From NCBI GenBank assembly GCA_963701715.1, contig CAVPAX010000002.1, forward strand, positions 77,040 to 141,039: a stretch of 64,000 nucleotides of DNA, given 5' to 3'. The notes below the pieces were generated by a model. It was given only the letters and a program-made list of their open reading frames with translations. It did no database searches and was not told the DNA's origin. This stretch comes from an uncultured beta proteobacterium (GTDB taxonomy: Bacteria > Pseudomonadota > Gammaproteobacteria > Burkholderiales > Methylophilaceae). Position numbers and translations under genes: made by a program. Of the stretch, positions 21,208-31,227 are shown piece by piece (position 1 is the stretch's first letter; every line of letters begins with the position of its first letter).

Positions 21208-21752
21208 GCCTTAGCTGCAAACTCCGCCACACGCACACCCAGCAATCTGGCCGTTTCCAAATCACCCTTAATCGCCTCATCCGGCGAAGCATCGCTCGGC
21301 GTAGTCATTAATGCGCCAGTAAATCCGCCTACATAATTCACATCACCATGCTTAGCCGCTTTGCTATTAGCAGGCATTAAACCTGTGCCCACCCACATAC
21401 CGGAATGCTGCATGGCAAGTGTGACAAAATATTGAATCGTAGAAAATTTATCACCATTCATGGTGGCAGAATTAGTAAATCCCGCAAAAATCTTGTTTTT
21501 CCATTTTTGTGTAAACCAGGCTTTTGAGCTTGCATCAGCAAACTTTTTAAACTGCCAGCTCACGCTACCCATATAAGTCGGGGAGCCAAAGATAATCGCC
21601 TTTGCCGCATCCAGCTTGACCCAATCCGCTTCCGTGATATCGCCGTTGGCATCAATCGCAATCAACTCAGCCCTTGCACCTGCTGCAACCGCTTCAGCCT
21701 GTTTTGCTGTGTGCCCATAACCACTGTGATACACCACCGCTACCTTTGCCAT
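21204..21752 (-). CDS. Flavodoxin family / WrbA-like NAD(P)H-dependent FMN reductase
   Basis: VVYHSGYGHT, FGSPTYMGS. Confidence 0.9.
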   Translation of the reverse strand: MAKVAVVYHSGYGHTAKQAEAVAAGARAELIAIDANGDITEADWVKLDAAKAIIFGSPTYMGSVSWQFKKFADASSKAWFTQKWKNKIFAGFTNSATMNGDKFSTIQYFVTLAMQHSGMWVGTGLMPANSKAAKHGDVNYVGGFTGALMTTPSDASPDEAIKGDLETARLLGVRVAEFAAKA

Positions 21753-21801
21753 GTAATTTCCTTTTACGTTTAATTGATTTAGTGCATCATATCAACTATA
21801 G

Positions 21802-21824
21802 TTACTAAAAGTAAGTAGGCACTT
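21802..21824. promoter_or_regulatory. Putative operator of the HxlR-family regulator
   Basis: Inverted repeat TTACT-AAA-AGTAA followed by GTAGGCACTT in the short divergent flavodoxin/HxlR intergenic region. Confidence 0.45.
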
Positions 21825-21844
21825 AATTATCATATAGGTACTTT

Positions 21845-22249
21845 ATGGATACTAACGAACAAATCCAGGAAACAATCGAAGAAAAAACCAATGCCTGCGC
21901 ATTTAGCGCAATCTGCCCGACGCGTTTGGTACTCAATAGAATCGCAGATAAATGGACAGTGCTGGTGGTAATTCTGTTGCAGGACGGCACCAAACGATTT
22001 AGCCATTTACAACGTGAGATAGACGGCATTTCACAAAAAATGCTCACGCAGACCTTGCGCAATCTAGAACGTGATGGACTTGTAAGCCGAACAGTGCATG
22101 CCACCGTACCGCCAAAGGTAGAATATGCCCTCACCCAACTTGGGCACACGCTTAAAGACATGCTCTACGCGATTAAAACATGGTCGGAAGCTAATATTGA
22201 GGCTGTACTTAGCGCACAGAAAAGCTACGACGCGCTAAATGAAAAGTAA
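21845..22249 (+). CDS. HxlR-family winged-helix transcriptional regulator
   Basis: CP.R..L..IADKW, GISQKMLTQTLR.LE.DG, PPKVEYALT. Confidence 0.93.
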   Translation: MDTNEQIQETIEEKTNACAFSAICPTRLVLNRIADKWTVLVVILLQDGTKRFSHLQREIDGISQKMLTQTLRNLERDGLVSRTVHATVPPKVEYALTQLGHTLKDMLYAIKTWSEANIEAVLSAQKSYDALNEK

Positions 22250-22367
22250 CTCACGCACCCAATAAATATAATGCCCTGCAAGCCAATATCCATGCGCCAT
22301 TCAGGGCGTACGTTTGAGAAAAATATATTGGGTGATTACTAAAACTCGTTATGAATTTAGCAATGCA

Positions 22368-23543
22368 TTATCTTGCCAACGATATACCAACACGCAATTG
22401 CGTTCCACGCCGATGGTTATAATCAATTAAGGTTTCACCATAACCACCAAGTAATTGAAAATGTAAAAACGTACCTGTACGCCCAAAAAGCTTATCACTT
22501 ATAGGATACGACAAATCAAACTGACCTTGAACATAACCCCCTGTTCCTTGACGATATAACCCGGTTAAAATTGCACCGTCTTCCCTTCCGTAGCGCGCCA
22601 TCCAATCAACGTATCCGCGATAATGGTGAATGTCCAGATTGTCTGATTTTTCAATATATTGATATATCTTCGGCATAAACGTGAATTGTCTACCGCTAGA
22701 AAAATCCATACCCCAAAATGGCTGCACAAATGCAATATTTAATGAACGAGACTCATCTCCATCTCTACCATTAGATTCATGTTCAAGCCCGAATTTCCAC
22801 CTATTAGGATTCAAGCCCTTACCACTTTCTTCCCAATTATAATAAATACTAGGTCGATAACTCGTATCTTTAAATGGACTGGAATCGCTGCCGATATCCC
22901 ATATGCTGGTTTGAGTATAGGCAAAATATAGGTTGCTGGCATAAGGTATAAATGTTGCAACAGTCGCATCTGGATCAAAGGGACGATATTTAAAACTTAG
23001 CTGAAACCTGGCATCAAAGTTTCTTTCTTTACTAGAGCCTACAATAAAATATAGCGGCTCATTTGCCGTGATTGTCGGGTCTTCTTTGGGCGCTGAAATA
23101 ACTATCGTACCGGACTTTTCTGCAGAATCGTCTACATTATCTTTTATCGATGCGGCTTCTTGCTGACCAGTCAAAATTTCATCTGGTGCGGCCTCAACTG
23201 TGTTTGCGGCCAACAATAAACGGTTAGATTCAAGATGCGCAAGTTCGGCGCGCACATTACCTTCAAACTTAGATTTAGCGAAGCCTTTATATGTGCGCCT
23301 TATGTCGGTGCTGGCGCCCTTTTCGACCAGCATAATTTCTACTTGCTCATGTGAGTTCTGCCCATCAAGCAATAATGTCAAGTTATCAGGCCATGTAGTC
23401 ATGCTGCTTGGCTTAACTACTTCTATCAGCAACTCTCCATTGCTATTGAGCAATGCATTCGGAGTCACAATCAGCCAACCCTCTGATGCAAAAGAAGTCT
23501 TTATAAACAACAAGATGATTACTATCCAAGATTTATTTATCAT
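22368..23543 (-). CDS. Outer-membrane phospholipase A with N-terminal extension
   Basis: FQLSFK, YTQTSIW, SSPFKDTSYRP, HESNG catalytic motif, GYGETLIDYN. Confidence 0.9.
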   Translation of the reverse strand: MINKSWIVIILLFIKTSFASEGWLIVTPNALLNSNGELLIEVVKPSSMTTWPDNLTLLLDGQNSHEQVEIMLVEKGASTDIRRTYKGFAKSKFEGNVRAELAHLESNRLLLAANTVEAAPDEILTGQQEAASIKDNVDDSAEKSGTIVISAPKEDPTITANEPLYFIVGSSKERNFDARFQLSFKYRPFDPDATVATFIPYASNLYFAYTQTSIWDIGSDSSPFKDTSYRPSIYYNWEESGKGLNPNRWKFGLEHESNGRDGDESRSLNIAFVQPFWGMDFSSGRQFTFMPKIYQYIEKSDNLDIHHYRGYVDWMARYGREDGAILTGLYRQGTGGYVQGQFDLSYPISDKLFGRTGTFLHFQLLGGYGETLIDYNHRRGTQLRVGISLAR

Positions 23544-23599
23544 CAGTTCGTCCTTACGTTTAAAAAAAGCTTTGCATCATTCCGGCGAAAACACGGACT

Positions 23600-23875
23600 G
23601 ACAGTATATGCGGAATTTGACTTTCAATGCGCTAGCCGCGCCTTCGGCTTGAGCAACAGATGGATAAGCGGGGAGGACTGTTTCAGGGCGTAGCCCAAGT
23701 TCCGCAACCGCCCAGAGCTCGCAAAAACCGAAGTGGAAAACTGGCAGCGGGGCGTGCTTTTGGCTCCGGCCGCTTCGCATAACCTAAAGATTAGCCTACG
23801 CCGCAACTTCGTTGTCTTTAGTTTCTTTCTTTTGGCTAAGCAAAAGAAAGAAACTCGCCTAAGGGCAAAAAAAAC
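23600..23875. repeat. Structured intergenic element (REP/MITE-like)
   Basis: GC-rich non-coding stretch ending in a perfect 14-bp inverted repeat GTTTCTTTCTTTTG-GCTAAG-CAAAAGAAAGAAAC (23821-23854); only one copy seen in this window. Confidence 0.5.
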
Positions 23876-23877
23876 AG

Positions 23878-24432
23878 TTAGGTCTTAAAGTTCAGTTGAA
23901 TAGCTGGGTATGATTTACTAACTGAATCGTAAGAAAATAAAAGAAATGCTGATGTAATCTGCAAAAAAGGGCCAAAGCTTACTGATGCTAACTCAGCTTT
24001 TACAAAATCAACAGCCAACATCGGCTCATCAGTGAATAAGCAAACCAAAATGCTTACATATGGTCCGCCATTATAGTTTTTCTTATCTTTTTCACTTAGG
24101 CGGTGTTCAATAAGTGACGCTAACTCACTCGACTTCCAAACACGATATACATTTTGCCCCTGTGCATTGAGTCTAGCTGCGTCACTACAGACAACTTCTG
24201 TAACTTCAATTGCTATATTGTTACCTTCTACATCTTTGCAGACGCAGTCTGGAGGGTCTTGTTTGTAAACTGTAGGTGAATGTAAACCTAGATTAGTTGT
24301 GTTGTTGAGAGTGGTAAGAAGTTCCTTAACTACGCCAAGTTCCTTTATCTGCTTATCAGGCCACTCAAAAAAAGAAGCATACTGTCGCCCTTTAATAAGA
24401 ATTTCCAATGCGCTTTTTAGGTCATCGCTCAC
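23878..24432 (-). CDS. Hypothetical protein (AT-rich accessory gene)
   Basis: 184-aa ORF directly downstream of rimO; contains DPPD.....IAIEVTE. Confidence 0.7.
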   Translation of the reverse strand: MSDDLKSALEILIKGRQYASFFEWPDKQIKELGVVKELLTTLNNTTNLGLHSPTVYKQDPPDCVCKDVEGNNIAIEVTEVVCSDAARLNAQGQNVYRVWKSSELASLIEHRLSEKDKKNYNGGPYVSILVCLFTDEPMLAVDFVKAELASVSFGPFLQITSAFLLFSYDSVSKSYPAIQLNFKT

Positions 24433-24440
24433 AATAAATT

Positions 24441-25779
24441 CTAACCCCTAGGTGGCCCACCCCTTAAATCATGCCCATCCGCGCTATAAATCTCCACTTC
24501 CACAAAATCACCGGGTTGTAAGCCTTCGGCATCCTGGCAATACACAACACCATCAATCTCTGGTGCGTCGGCTTTTGTGCGGCCAACCGCTTCGATATTG
24601 CCTTCTGCGTCATGTACAATTTCATCCACCAGCACGGTTTGCATCGTACCGATTTTATGGTGAAGCTTAGCCGCACTAATGCGCTCTTGCACCGCCATAA
24701 AGCGGCTCAGGCGTTCTTGTTTCACTTCTTCCGGCACTTGGTCGGGCAAATCATTCGCCTTGGCACCATCCACCGCAGAATAGGCAAAACAACCCACTCT
24801 ATCTAATTGCGCTTCTTCCAAGAAATCGAGCAGCATTTGAAAGTCATCTTCCGTTTCACCCGGAAAACCCGCGATAAACGTACTGCGGATGGTGATATCC
24901 GAGCAGGTTTCACGCCATGCTTTAATACGCGCTAAATTATTCTCAGCATGCGCAGGGCGTTTCATCGCTTTTAAAATACGCGGACTGGCGTGCTGAAACG
25001 GCACATCCAGATACGGCAAAATCAAGCCATCTGCCATCAGCGGAATCACGTCGTCCACGTGCTGGATATGGATATACATAATGCAGACGCACCCACACAC
25101 CCAGTTCGCTCAAGGCTTTACTCAGATTAGTCATGTGCGTTTTTACCGGGCGGCCATTCCAGAAGCCGCTTCTGTACTTCACATCCACGCCATAAGCAGA
25201 CGTATCTTGCGAGATAACTAGAATCTCCGAAACACCTGCATTCACAAGGTTTTCCGCCTCGTTCATCACCTCGCCTATCGGGCGGCTGACCAAATCACCA
25301 CGCATGCTAGGGATAATGCAGAAGCTGCAACGGTGATTGCAGCCTTCTGAAATTTTCAAATACGCATAATGGCTAGGCGTTAAACGTATGCCTTGTGGCG
25401 GCACTAAATCTACAAACGGCTCGTGCAGTTTCGGCAAATTGGCGTGCACATGCGTCATCACTTCCTCCAGCGCGTGCGGGCCAGTCACGGCTAAAACACT
25501 AGGGTGCGCGTTGATGACCACGTCTTTTTTCGCACCCAAACAACCGGTAACAATCACCTTGCCGTTTTTGTGCAGTGCTTCGCCAATCGCTTCCAGGCTT
25601 TCTTGCACAGCGGAATCGATGAAGCCGCAGGTGTTGACGACGACCAAATCGGAATCTTCATAAGTTGAACTGATTTCGTAGCCTTCAGCACGTAACTGTG
25701 TGAGAATGCGCTCGGCATCCGAGCCTGCCTTGGGGCAGCCGAGGGATACAAAACCAACTTTTGGTGTGGATGTTTTCAT
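24441..25779 (-). pseudogene. rimO: Ribosomal protein S12 methylthiotransferase RimO, split by a +1 frameshift (real or sequencing error)
   Basis: N-part has VSLGCPK and the radical SAM motif CNHRCSFC; C-part has YLDVPFQH and a TRAM domain; the conserved HYVYPYPHVDD is broken by one extra base at ~25062. Confidence 0.9.
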
Positions 25780-25803
25780 TTATATTAATTACTCTAAAAA
25801 CTT

Positions 25804-26691
25804 TTACTCTAAGAAATAGCCAGCAAGCCAAATCGAACTAACGCCACAGGCAATGAGCACTAATTGTGAAATGGTCGCGTGAAGTTCGGTGCGCTTATGC
25901 AAACTGGGGATTAAATCGGCTACTGCAACATAGAGCATGCTGGCGGCGGCCAAGCCCAAAATAGTCGGAATCCAGCCTTGCACTTGACTTAAAGCAAAGT
26001 ATGCAATGGCGCCACCCACAACTGTGGCAAAACTGGAAACCAAATTGAACGCAAATGCCTGTTTTTTGCTGTAGCCTGAATGCAGCAGGATTAAGAAATC
26101 GCCGACTTCTTGCGGGATCTCATGCGCAATAATCGCAATCGCTGTCACGATACCGACTTTTACATCCACCATAAAAGCAGAAGCAATCAAAATGCCATCG
26201 ACAAAATTGTGGAATGTATCGCCAATCATCACCATCATGCCACTGCGGCCATGATCATGTGCATGAGAATGCGCATGATGGCTTGCAGCATGCAAGTTCA
26301 TTAGAGGCTGCTTAGTGCTGACCTGCTTATATTTGGTAGTGTGAGAATGCGTTTCCGGACAGTCTTCCTCGGTATGAATGGCGTGCACCTCGCAATGGTC
26401 ACCATGGCAATGCCGCCATATCACCAGTTTTTCAAGTGTAAAAAATAACAAAATACCGAACAGCACTGTTCCGGTCATGTATTGTACATTGCTGGCAACT
26501 TTTATCGCTTCTGGCAATATCTCTAAAAATACAGCGCCAAGCATCGCACCAATCGCATAGCTGATTAGCATGGGGATAGCCGTGGCACGTGCGTTCAAAG
26601 CCACCAATGCGGCCCCTGCCACGCTTAAAATACCGCCGACGAGGCTGAATAATACAATCCAGAGTAATGCAGAAAAGTCAGGGATAGTCAT
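25804..26691 (-). CDS. ZIP family metal transporter
   Basis: HNFVDG and HEIPQEVGDF motifs; His-rich loop. Confidence 0.93.
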   Translation of the reverse strand: MTIPDFSALLWIVLFSLVGGILSVAGAALVALNARATAIPMLISYAIGAMLGAVFLEILPEAIKVASNVQYMTGTVLFGILLFFTLEKLVIWRHCHGDHCEVHAIHTEEDCPETHSHTTKYKQVSTKQPLMNLHAASHHAHSHAHDHGRSGMMVMIGDTFHNFVDGILIASAFMVDVKVGIVTAIAIIAHEIPQEVGDFLILLHSGYSKKQAFAFNLVSSFATVVGGAIAYFALSQVQGWIPTILGLAAASMLYVAVADLIPSLHKRTELHATISQLVLIACGVSSIWLAGYFLE

Positions 26692-26725
26692 GAATCAATA
26701 CAGAAAAAAGTTGTAGCATTATAAA

Positions 26726-27457
26726 CTAAGCTAACCAGATCAGCGTCGCCATACGCCCGGTGATATTGTCCCGCCGGAACGAGAAGAACTGCTCTGGGTT
26801 GCTGTAAGTACAAATTCCGCCGCCATAGACTCGCGTCACGCCGCGCTCAGCAAGGCGCTGCTTGGCTAACATGAAAATATCTCCCAACCATTTTTCACCA
26901 TGTGGTTTAAACGCAGCTTCTGCCTGTGGCAGTTTTTTGATAAAAGCATCGCGTACTTCACTACCGACCTCAAATGCCTGAGGGCCAATCGCGGGCCCAA
27001 GCCAGACCAAAATCTCACTAGGTACGGACAGCATTTTATCCAGTGCACATTCAATCACTCCATCCAGCAAGCCTTTCCAGCCGGCGTGCACAGCTGCGAC
27101 CTCTGTACCTGCCTGATTACAGAAAAGTAAGGGCAGGCAATCTGCCGTCATGGTTGTGCAGACGACATTGCGTTGTCGGGTGTAGCTGGCATCGGCATCC
27201 GGTGGCGCGCAATCCACCTTCTCCGCATCTATCGTCAGCGTACCATGTACCTGATTCAGCCATACTGGCTCGCTAGGCACAAAAGAGGCTAACCGTTGGC
27301 GGTTTGCTGCAACATTGAGTGAAGCATCACCTACATGGGCGCCAAGGTTCAGCGTGTTATAAGGTGCAAGGCTAACACCACCGGTGCGCATTGTCTGCAA
27401 AGCATGCACATTGGGAGGTGCAGGCCAATCTGGAACGATGAAGTCACTATTCTGCAT
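26726..27457 (-). CDS. pgeF: Peptidoglycan editing factor / purine nucleoside phosphorylase YfiH
   Basis: LNQVHG, TADCLP, HAGW, FFSFRR; downstream of rluD. Confidence 0.94.
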   Translation of the reverse strand: MQNSDFIVPDWPAPPNVHALQTMRTGGVSLAPYNTLNLGAHVGDASLNVAANRQRLASFVPSEPVWLNQVHGTLTIDAEKVDCAPPDADASYTRQRNVVCTTMTADCLPLLFCNQAGTEVAAVHAGWKGLLDGVIECALDKMLSVPSEILVWLGPAIGPQAFEVGSEVRDAFIKKLPQAEAAFKPHGEKWLGDIFMLAKQRLAERGVTRVYGGGICTYSNPEQFFSFRRDNITGRMATLIWLA

Positions 27458-28526
27458 CGTTTAAAACATCGTCCCCGTCGTCTTCAAAATCGTCATCTTC
27501 ACCTTCATAATAATCAGTCTCTTCATAGGAAAAATCAAAAGGCTCATCTATTGGCGCATCTTCATGGCGCATCGCTTCAAGCAAGGCCTTCATGTCATCT
27601 GCAAGTTCAATTTGCCATTCCATCGGTTGGTTAGTCTTAGGATGAATCAATCCTAGTTTAATCGCATGCAGTGCCTGTCGCTTAAACCCAGAAACCGCAT
27701 CTTTCAAGGTTTTTGTCATGAGTTTATGAGGAATAATATTACCTATGCCATAGACAGGGTCACCCAGTATTGGCGCCTTCAAAAACTGTAAATGCACTCG
27801 AATCTGATGAGTACGGCCAGTTTCAAGAATACAACGTAAATAAGTATGCACGCCAAAACGTTCCAGCACTTCATAATGCGTCACTGCAGGCTTGCCCGTG
27901 CGGGTGACCGCCATCTTGGTGCGCGCATGAGGATGGCGACCTATCGGCTGGTTGATTGTGCCATTGCGCCAGATTTGTCCCCAGACAATCGCGCGATATT
28001 CACGTTTCACCGTACGCGCCTGCAGCTGGCGTACCAGGCTGGTTTGCGCTTCGAGTGTTTTTGCGACTACCAGCAAGCCGCTGGTGTCCTTGTCCAGTCG
28101 GTGCACAATACCGCAGCGTGGAATCTCAGCTAACTGCGGCGCATGATAAAGCAAAGCATTCAGCAACGTGCCGCTCCAATTACCTGCTGCTGGATGCACC
28201 ACCAGACCAGCAGGTTTATTGATAACGAGCAATTCGTCATCTTCGTAAACAATATCCAGCGGAATGTTTTCTGGCAAAAACGCTTGTTCTTGAGGATTAA
28301 CCTCTGGCACAACATTGACCTGCTCCCCGCCCCAGACCTTGGTTTTTGCAGTGACAGCCTGATTGTTAAGCGTCACCAAACCCGCTTTTATCCAAGCTTG
28401 CAAGCGGCTGCGTGAATGCTGCGGTAACATTTTCTGCAATGCAATGTCCAATCTTTCGCCACCCAAATCCATGGGAATGTTGAGCGTAATATCTGTCTTT
28501 GTTTGCATCGGTTTTTTCTTTGGCAT
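27447..28526 (-). CDS. rluD: 23S rRNA pseudouridine synthase D
   Basis: S4 domain, GIVHRLDKDTSG, GRTHQIRVH, QALHA. Confidence 0.96.
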   Translation of the reverse strand: MPKKKPMQTKTDITLNIPMDLGGERLDIALQKMLPQHSRSRLQAWIKAGLVTLNNQAVTAKTKVWGGEQVNVVPEVNPQEQAFLPENIPLDIVYEDDELLVINKPAGLVVHPAAGNWSGTLLNALLYHAPQLAEIPRCGIVHRLDKDTSGLLVVAKTLEAQTSLVRQLQARTVKREYRAIVWGQIWRNGTINQPIGRHPHARTKMAVTRTGKPAVTHYEVLERFGVHTYLRCILETGRTHQIRVHLQFLKAPILGDPVYGIGNIIPHKLMTKTLKDAVSGFKRQALHAIKLGLIHPKTNQPMEWQIELADDMKALLEAMRHEDAPIDEPFDFSYEETDYYEGEDDDFEDDGDDVLNDAE

Positions 28527-28576
28527 CAGTTATAATGAAACAAATTTATTTGCAGGTTTTCATTTTGAAATATATC

Positions 28577-29392
28577 GTGAAACGTATTTTACCGCTTTTA
28601 TCCATCGGGCTTTTAGCTTTATTTATGCAGGCATGTGCTATTTTCGGTGACCCTACCGAATTGGATGACACAAAAGGCTGGCAAGCCGATCGAATCTACC
28701 AAGAAGGCGAAGCCAAAATGATAGACAAAGACTATGATAAGGCCATTGTCTATTTTCAAAAATTGGAGTCACGCTTTCCGCACGGTAAATATGCAACCCA
28801 GGCGCAGCTTGAAATTGCCTACGCTTATTACAAAAAAGGTGATCCTGTTTCTTGCGTGGCCGCGACGGATCGCTTCATAAAATTACACCCCAATCATCCG
28901 AATGTTGATTACGCTTATTACTTAAAAGGCCTTGCCAGTTTTAACGAGCGCGGGATTATAGAAAAATACACCGCACAGGAAATTAGCGACCGTGATCCGA
29001 AAGCGCTTAAAGTGTCATTCGCTGCATTTAAAGAACTGACAGAACGCTACCCGAAAAGCCGCTATTATAAAGATGCCACACAACGCATGGTATATCTGGT
29101 AAACACGCTTTCTCAACACGAAATGCATGTTGCGCGTTATTACATGAAGCGCCAAGCTTACCTGGCAGCGCTTAACCGCGCCAAATATGTGCTGGAATAT
29201 TATCCGAACTCTATTTCTGTAGAAGAGGCGCTTGTCATTAGCATCAGTGCTTATGACTATATGGATTTGACAGATTTAAAAGAAGATACCTTACGCGTAC
29301 TTAAAACCAATTATCCACAAAATCCAATGATTACCGGCAAAGTCATCGAGGATGAACGCGTGTGGTGGAAATTCTGGGAAAGCCTGTACTAA
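28577..29392 (+). CDS. bamD: Outer membrane assembly lipoprotein BamD
   Basis: Lipobox MQAC, TPRs, HPNVDYAYYLKGL, VARYY; divergent from rluD; GTG start at 28577 chosen. Confidence 0.95.
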   Translation: MKRILPLLSIGLLALFMQACAIFGDPTELDDTKGWQADRIYQEGEAKMIDKDYDKAIVYFQKLESRFPHGKYATQAQLEIAYAYYKKGDPVSCVAATDRFIKLHPNHPNVDYAYYLKGLASFNERGIIEKYTAQEISDRDPKALKVSFAAFKELTERYPKSRYYKDATQRMVYLVNTLSQHEMHVARYYMKRQAYLAALNRAKYVLEYYPNSISVEEALVISISAYDYMDLTDLKEDTLRVLKTNYPQNPMITGKVIEDERVWWKFWESLY

Positions 29393-29419
29393 AAACTTAA
29401 CTGTCATCTGCTACCTACC

Positions 29420-29740
29420 ATGAGCTACTTGAATAAACTGCCAGGATTCATCAGATCACCGTCAGGATTTGAATGGGTTTTATTTAAAAAAATACCGCTT
29501 ATCTTCGCAATTGGGACGGCAATTCCTGGTGGCATAATGATAGATCTATATTTTAACAATGCTGTACTGACGCCAGAACAGCAAAAAATCATCTACCAAT
29601 GTTTTGGCATTCTGTTTAGCTATTGGTTTTTAGTGGGCGTGGTTGCAATTGGGTGCATCCTGGTCATGATCATGAAAGGCCCAGCTTATGTTGCAGATCC
29701 CTATGAGCTGCCCAAGGAAAACAAACTTCAAGATAAATAA
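29420..29740 (+). CDS. Small two-TM hypothetical membrane protein
   Basis: Two hydrophobic segments; C-terminal MKGPAYVADPY. Confidence 0.75.
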   Translation: MSYLNKLPGFIRSPSGFEWVLFKKIPLIFAIGTAIPGGIMIDLYFNNAVLTPEQQKIIYQCFGILFSYWFLVGVVAIGCILVMIMKGPAYVADPYELPKENKLQDK

Positions 29741-29769
29741 TGCTTGCCGAATATCAAAACACAAGAAAA

Positions 29770-31218
29770 TCAGTGTTTTTTAGCGCGTCTGCCCTTATCT
29801 TCCGCTTCCTTCTTTGCCTTCAATTCAGCACGCTGCGCGGTTTTACGGCGGCGCATACTCACAATACCTTCCCCGGATTTGCGTTTATCTGGTTCAGCAA
29901 ACGGGTTATCACCCTGCTTAAACTGTACACGCAATGGCGTACCGGTCAGCTGAAAAGTCTTACGGAAAACACCCTCTAAAAAACGTTTGTAACTGTCTTT
30001 TACACCATCCACATGATTGCCATGGATTACGACTATCGGAGGATTCATGCCACCCTGATGTGCGTAGCGCAATTTGGGACGGATACCCTTGCTGACCGGA
30101 GGCTGGTGTTGCGCTATAGCATCAATCAGCACGCGAGTGAGTTGAGGTGTGGCCAGTTTGGCAAATGCAGCTTTAAATGCACCATCTACCGAAGCAAACA
30201 ATTCGGGCAAGCCTTTTTTGCGAAGTGCGGAAATATAGTGGAATTTAGCAAAATCTAGAAACTGAAGCTTGCGGTCAATTTCACGTTTAATCCAATCGCG
30301 CTCATCTTCTTTCAAGCCATCCCATTTATTAATGGCCACCACCAAAGCACGCCCGGCATCCAATATATACGCGGCCACGTGGGCATCCTGTTCAGTGATA
30401 CCCTCTTGTGCATCCACCACCAGAATCGCCACATTCGCGTCTTCAATCGCCTGCATGGTTTTCACTACAGAGAATTTTTCAATAGATTCAAACACTTTGC
30501 CACGCTTGCGCACACCTGCCGTGTCGATAATCACATAATGTTTGCCATTTTTTTCCAGATCAATTTCAATAGAGTCACGCGTGGTTCCAGGTTCGTCAAA
30601 TGCAATCACACGTTCCTCACCTAACAAAGCATTCACCAATGTCGACTTACCTACGTTAGGCCGCCCGACAATCGCCACTCTTGGCACCTTGTTACGATTC
30701 TGAATAGCCTCATCTTCTTGCGGTTCAGGGAAATTCTCCAAAGCAAGTTCAATTAAATCTTTCACACCTTCGCCATGTGCAGAAGAAATAGACAAAGGTT
30801 CGCCAAGACCTAGCTCATGAAAGTCAGCTGACACAATCGCCTTTTGCATACCTTCCGTTTTATTCACCGCAAGCAATACTGGACGCTGGGCCTTACGCAG
30901 TTTATCCGCAATAATATATTCTTGCGGCGTAATGCCTGCACGACCATCGACCAAGAAAATGACCACATCCGCTTCATCAATCGCCAACAATGTCTGGCGC
31001 GCCATTTCTTTTAAAATGCCACTTTCTGCAGTTGGCTCAAAGCCGCCGGTATCAATCACCAAATATGGCTTACTTGCGCCGATACCACGTCCATAGTGCC
31101 TGTCACGTGTTAGCCCAGGCAAATCTGCCACCAGCGCATCACGGCTTTTGGTCAGGCGATTAAATAAAGTGGACTTTCCGACGTTGGGTCGGCCAACGAG
31201 CACGATAGTAGGTAACAT
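29770..31218 (-). CDS. der: Ribosome biogenesis GTPase Der
   Basis: Two GRPNVGKS P-loops plus a KH-like C-terminus. Confidence 0.98.
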   Translation of the reverse strand: MLPTIVLVGRPNVGKSTLFNRLTKSRDALVADLPGLTRDRHYGRGIGASKPYLVIDTGGFEPTAESGILKEMARQTLLAIDEADVVIFLVDGRAGITPQEYIIADKLRKAQRPVLLAVNKTEGMQKAIVSADFHELGLGEPLSISSAHGEGVKDLIELALENFPEPQEDEAIQNRNKVPRVAIVGRPNVGKSTLVNALLGEERVIAFDEPGTTRDSIEIDLEKNGKHYVIIDTAGVRKRGKVFESIEKFSVVKTMQAIEDANVAILVVDAQEGITEQDAHVAAYILDAGRALVVAINKWDGLKEDERDWIKREIDRKLQFLDFAKFHYISALRKKGLPELFASVDGAFKAAFAKLATPQLTRVLIDAIAQHQPPVSKGIRPKLRYAHQGGMNPPIVVIHGNHVDGVKDSYKRFLEGVFRKTFQLTGTPLRVQFKQGDNPFAEPDKRKSGEGIVSMRRRKTAQRAELKAKKEAEDKGRRAKKH

Positions 31219-31227
31219 AATGAGTAG

